A stretch of DNA of 27,148 bases from assembly GCF_002105155.1 (NCBI RefSeq), contig NW_019029013.1:434001-461148 (forward strand), in the 5' to 3' direction. The DNA is from Lobosporangium transversale. Taxonomy: Eukaryota. The position numbers were made by a program, and so were the translations under genes. Position 1 is the first letter of the stretch. Each line of letters starts with the position of its first letter. The notes under the pieces were generated by a model. That model was not told the origin of the DNA and ran no database searches. It saw nothing but the letters and a program-made list of their open reading frames with translations. This document shows, piece by piece, positions 23,528-27,148 of the stretch.

Positions 23528-23680
23528 TTCGTCATATCATCATCTTTTTTTTTTTTTTTATTCCTTCCTTCTTCTTCTACTCTTCATCAACGCTGCCATC
23601 TTACTTTAAAGCATTTTCATAACAACTGTCCATGTAATCATTTATCCATAATAATAAAAGCGCTTAAAATATTTTTCTAC

Positions 23681-25193
23681 CTATTGATGATTTGCTAATG
23701 CGAAACCTAACCGATGATGGTCCAGGTCATATGCACTATAGTATTTTCGTAAGAAGACCTCTCCAAAGATGGCTACCACCCCCGATTCCTTTGAGAAATC
23801 CATACCAACAATGGCACTCCAACAGACGTTTTCATCATATTGAAGAACATATTCCCTTCCAGTCAGTTGATACTCTTCCTGTCCAAACAAGATAATAAAC
23901 TCGAATAGATTGTCTATATCTTTACATGGCATCGTATAGATCCCACTTCCTTTCTCTGTTTCCTTTGTAGCTCCAATCTGTAAATTAATCATCTCAGCTT
24001 GATATCGTGTCAATGCAATAAATGGAAATCCATTGTCGATCACTGCATTGCCATCAATCTCGAATGCCTCTCGTTTCAATGCAAACGCAGTCAATTCGAT
24101 AGCCCATTCTCCTTGTTGAGTTCGAGTCACCTCATGCCATTGTATATCCCCCTTACGATGCTTTGGATCCAAACCTCCCAAAGTTAACTCTGAGTTATCA
24201 TTGGTTTTCATCTTGGCTAAATACAGCCCAAAGACATTCTCTTTCAACATCCCTTTATCCTTAAGGTTCAACAAGAAGGGTCGTCCTGTCATTGCAAGAT
24301 CATCATATCCAAGACCCAAGATCCCGTCCACTACCGTCGTCATTGTCCCCGTCGTTGATGATGGCAAGGCTTCCGTAATTTTACCAAAAATACCTCCATG
24401 GTTTCCGATTGCAGATTCCAAACCTCCATTTCGTTCTTGGATAATATACCCAAATTCTTGTCTTGTTGAAACATTGAGGGCTACTGACGAATGAGCCAGA
24501 ATCAAATGATCTATTCCTCTTAATCCAATCAAATCTGCGTCATCATCGTTGTCTATTTTTTGATCCTCTCTGTTGCCGTTACTGTTGAAATCTTTTCGAT
24601 TATAATAGCGTTTTCGAGATGGGAGCCAAAAGAGCTCCTTATTGAACTCAAAGGTCGTTGATGCGGATGGATTGAATCGATTCCGATAGTAACATGCTTC
24701 TGTAGAACATTGAACTGAAGGGATCCAAAAATTAGACGTGCCTGTCGCGATTTGAACCCTGAATGGCTGTGGAGGAGTGCCAATAAAGATCTCAGCTGAG
24801 TACTAGAGTAGAACAACGTTGATCTTTGAATTAGTTTTAATAGTAGCAACGTCGACTGCGACAACAACAGCCAAAAAAAAAAAAAAAAAAAAAAAAAAGA
24901 CTCACTGGATGCGCAATTTTAAAGACGTCTGTTTGTGAGATTGTCGAGCCCAGATGGATTTGAGAGTTGTGTCCAAAGACACTGGAGTCAATTGAATCAC
25001 TACCGATCCTCGAAAGTCGAATCCTTGATGATAAAGGGTCATAAAAAGAAAGGATATTTTTTTTAGTAGCCTCCAACAAGACCTGTTTGTTTCTATTCCT
25101 TGAGTAAGAGACTCCTTATTACCGCCTCAATTCAGCTTGGGATGTTGAAACGAGCGAAAGAGAAAGACAAGCGAGCAGGATGTTTGTTTTCAT
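23681..25193 (-). CDS. Pepsin-family (A1) aspartic protease homolog, predicted catalytically inactive, 436 aa, 3 exons, signal peptide
   Basis: Exons 25193-25123, 25023-24906 and 24802-23681 give MKTNILLACLSLSLVSTSQAELR-R-IRLSRI... YSAEIFIGTPPQPFRVQIATGTSNFWIPSVQC...DGILGLGY...AVIDNGFP...IFGEVFLRKYYSAYD. The exon-2 acceptor (CATCAAG|G) was chosen by phase and by alignment to the neighbouring PEP4 and is the least certain junction. Confidence 0.88.
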
Positions 25194-25242
25194 GATGAAG
25201 TGTGAAAGAGGTTGAGTAAGTGAATCGATGTGAAAACGGGTG

Positions 25243-25249
25243 TTATATA
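25243..25249 (-). promoter_or_regulatory. TATA-like box (TATATAA) about 50 bp upstream of the pseudoprotease ATG
   Basis: The minus strand reads CCATATATAACA, followed by a pyrimidine-rich stretch up to the ATG at 25193. Confidence 0.5.
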
Positions 25250-25381
25250 TGGAAAAGAGTGTCAAGGCCCAGGGGCATAGAAGCATGTATGGTAGGGTGG
25301 CAGAGTTTCGGAAATAGGTTCCGTGGGCGTGGGACAGAAAAAAAAAATATAAAAAAGAAACAAAACAAAACTACGGCGGCG

Positions 25382-25414
<33 letters not shown>

Positions 25415-25571
25415 ATGGGCCCTGACTAGAGAGAGTATTTGCCTGCCCTCTGTTATGGTGAGTAATGTTTATGATTTATTTATTTATTTTTTTATTGATA
25501 CCTTCACCTGAAGATAATCTCTCTTCCTTTTCTTCTTAAGCGGGACTGAAGAGGAAGAAAAAAAGGCACCT

Positions 25572-27095
25572 CTATTTGGAAGGAGCAAAGCCAACGCGAT
25601 TGTTGCCCAAATCGTATGCGCTATAGTACTTGCGTAAGAAGACATCTCCTACAATCCATAGATCGCCCAATTGCTCTGGGAAATCCATACCCATAAATCC
25701 GCTCAAGCAAGAGCCTCCTGCGTTCAAGACATAATCTTCTCCTTTGAGTGTGTACTCCGTTTTCCCAAAGAAGAATGAGAAATTTGGAAGGTTCGGGACC
25801 GTCGAGCATTCGACCACATACTGGCCTGCAAAGTTCTTCTTTGCTCCAATCTCCTTGTTGATCATCTCAGCCATGGCGGTCTGTAGCACAATCAACGAAC
25901 TGCCTGTATCAATGACCGCACCTGCCTTCAATTCCACTTCCTCGTCACCCAATTTGACCTTGTCCAGATCAATCTCCCAATAAGCCTTACGACGGACATT
26001 ATGCCACTGCAACTCTCCGGTAAAGTGATTCGAATCAACTCCTCCTAATGTCATCTGTCCGCCCAAGGGACCATCCGCTTGGCCCAAATAGAAGCCAAAC
26101 ACAGGCTCGCTTACCAACTTTTGACTAACCATACTATAAAATGGCGGAACAACGCCCAAGACCGAGATTGTATTATAACCCAATCCAAAGATGCCGTCAA
26201 ATTTACCAAAAACAAAGGCCAAGCCGGGCTCCTTGACAGACTCTCCAAAGTCCTGGGCCTTGATGACGACGCCCCCAAGCCCGACATTATCGTTACTGAT
26301 GATTCCTTCCAACGACCCGGAGCCGTACTGGATTGAGAATTGGGTGCCGTTAGGACGGAATGTCGAGGATTCTTCAGAATTGAAACGTTTGTGCAACAGG
26401 CAAGCAATCGAGTTGCAATGCGTTGAAGGGACCCAGAAATTGGACGAACCCGTATCAAAGACGACAGAGAAGGTCTGAGGAGGCGTTCCAACAGTGACAT
26501 CACCATAATACTGAGGATGAAAGAAAGGAGATGTTTTAGATTTCTGGTAAACGGATCATACCTGCAATTTGGGAAGACAAACATTTATGCAGAGATTGAT
26601 TATGCGCACATACACACACACACACAGAAAATAGTAAACTGAACTGGAAAAAAAAAAAAAAAAAAAAAATCCTTCTTTTCTTTCTAAATATACCTGTGCA
26701 TTCATATAGTTGGAAAGAGGCACACCATGGGTTGGTTTCCCATTAGCATCGAGGCCAAAGATTTGAGCAGCTTTGTCTGACATAATCTTGCGTTGTCTGG
26801 ATGACGATCCAAAGTACTTTTGAGCCATGTACGACCCTGCTTCTGCATACGCTCCTATCTGCTCTGCAGGCGTCAACTTGGCTTTCTTGAGATCGATGCT
26901 AAATCAAAACCAATACCAAAACCAGATATGTGACGACCGTATAAGCAGAAGAATCGATGGAGGCACAAATTGAATACTCAGAAATATAAAAAAGATGGCT
27001 TCTTGACTCAATGAAAGTTTTTTTTACCGCATGAGCTCTGCCTGCGAAACAACAGCTAGAGACAATAGTCCAGCGACAAAGAGTGTGGTCTTCAT
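25572..27095 (-). CDS. PEP4: Vacuolar aspartic protease / proteinase A (saccharopepsin-like), 403 aa, 3 exons
   Basis: Exons 27095-27028, 26898-26694 and 26510-25572. Signal peptide MKTTLFVAGLLSLAVVSQA, propeptide with QKY, HGVPLSNYMNAQYYG, both catalytic motifs (VFDTGSS and VIDTGSS), flap IQYGSG, KEPGLAFVFGKFDGIFGLGY and GDVFLRKYYSAYD. Confidence 0.95.
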
Positions 27096-27148
27096 ACTGG
27101 AGAAGGTGAATAAAGAAGGTTGAATGGAGGTGTGTGTGGTTAATATGA

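Noticed and set aside
23681..25193. Calling the second protease gene a pseudogene because its N-terminal lobe is missing from the ORF track
   Set aside because: Exon 3 is open and in frame from 24802 to 23681. The track's 24532 start is only an internal TTG, and the splice sites and signal peptide are intact.

Overview
Eukaryotic genomic DNA from a fungus, with spliceosomal introns and many long A/T homopolymers. The gene set, and in particular the LRR family, suggests an early-diverging fungus, probably Mortierellaceae (inference). I built exon models by hand from splice sites and reading phase. Left to right: RRP12 (minus strand, 3' end outside the window, first intron GC-AG); a ~1485-aa RNI-like LRR protein whose N-terminal domain resembles the C-terminal domain of TORNADO1/Roco proteins; a 97-aa orphan ORF with a mitochondrial-presequence-like start; ~5 kb of non-coding DNA; a 399-aa S/Q/H-rich disordered protein; 3-hydroxyanthranilate 3,4-dioxygenase (BNA1) divergent from an AzgA-type purine permease; and a tandem pair of pepsin-family genes. 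The most notable item is that pair. An intact vacuolar proteinase A (PEP4-like) is followed by a paralog with the same intron positions, a signal peptide, its own TATA-like box and an intact ORF. The paralog has lost the first catalytic Asp (DTG->ATG), has a degenerate second motif (DNG), has lost the flap YGSG and the propeptide KY, and carries two ~25-aa loop insertions at the cleft, so it looks like a secretory-pathway pseudoprotease. No tRNA, rRNA, CRISPR array or transposon was found.
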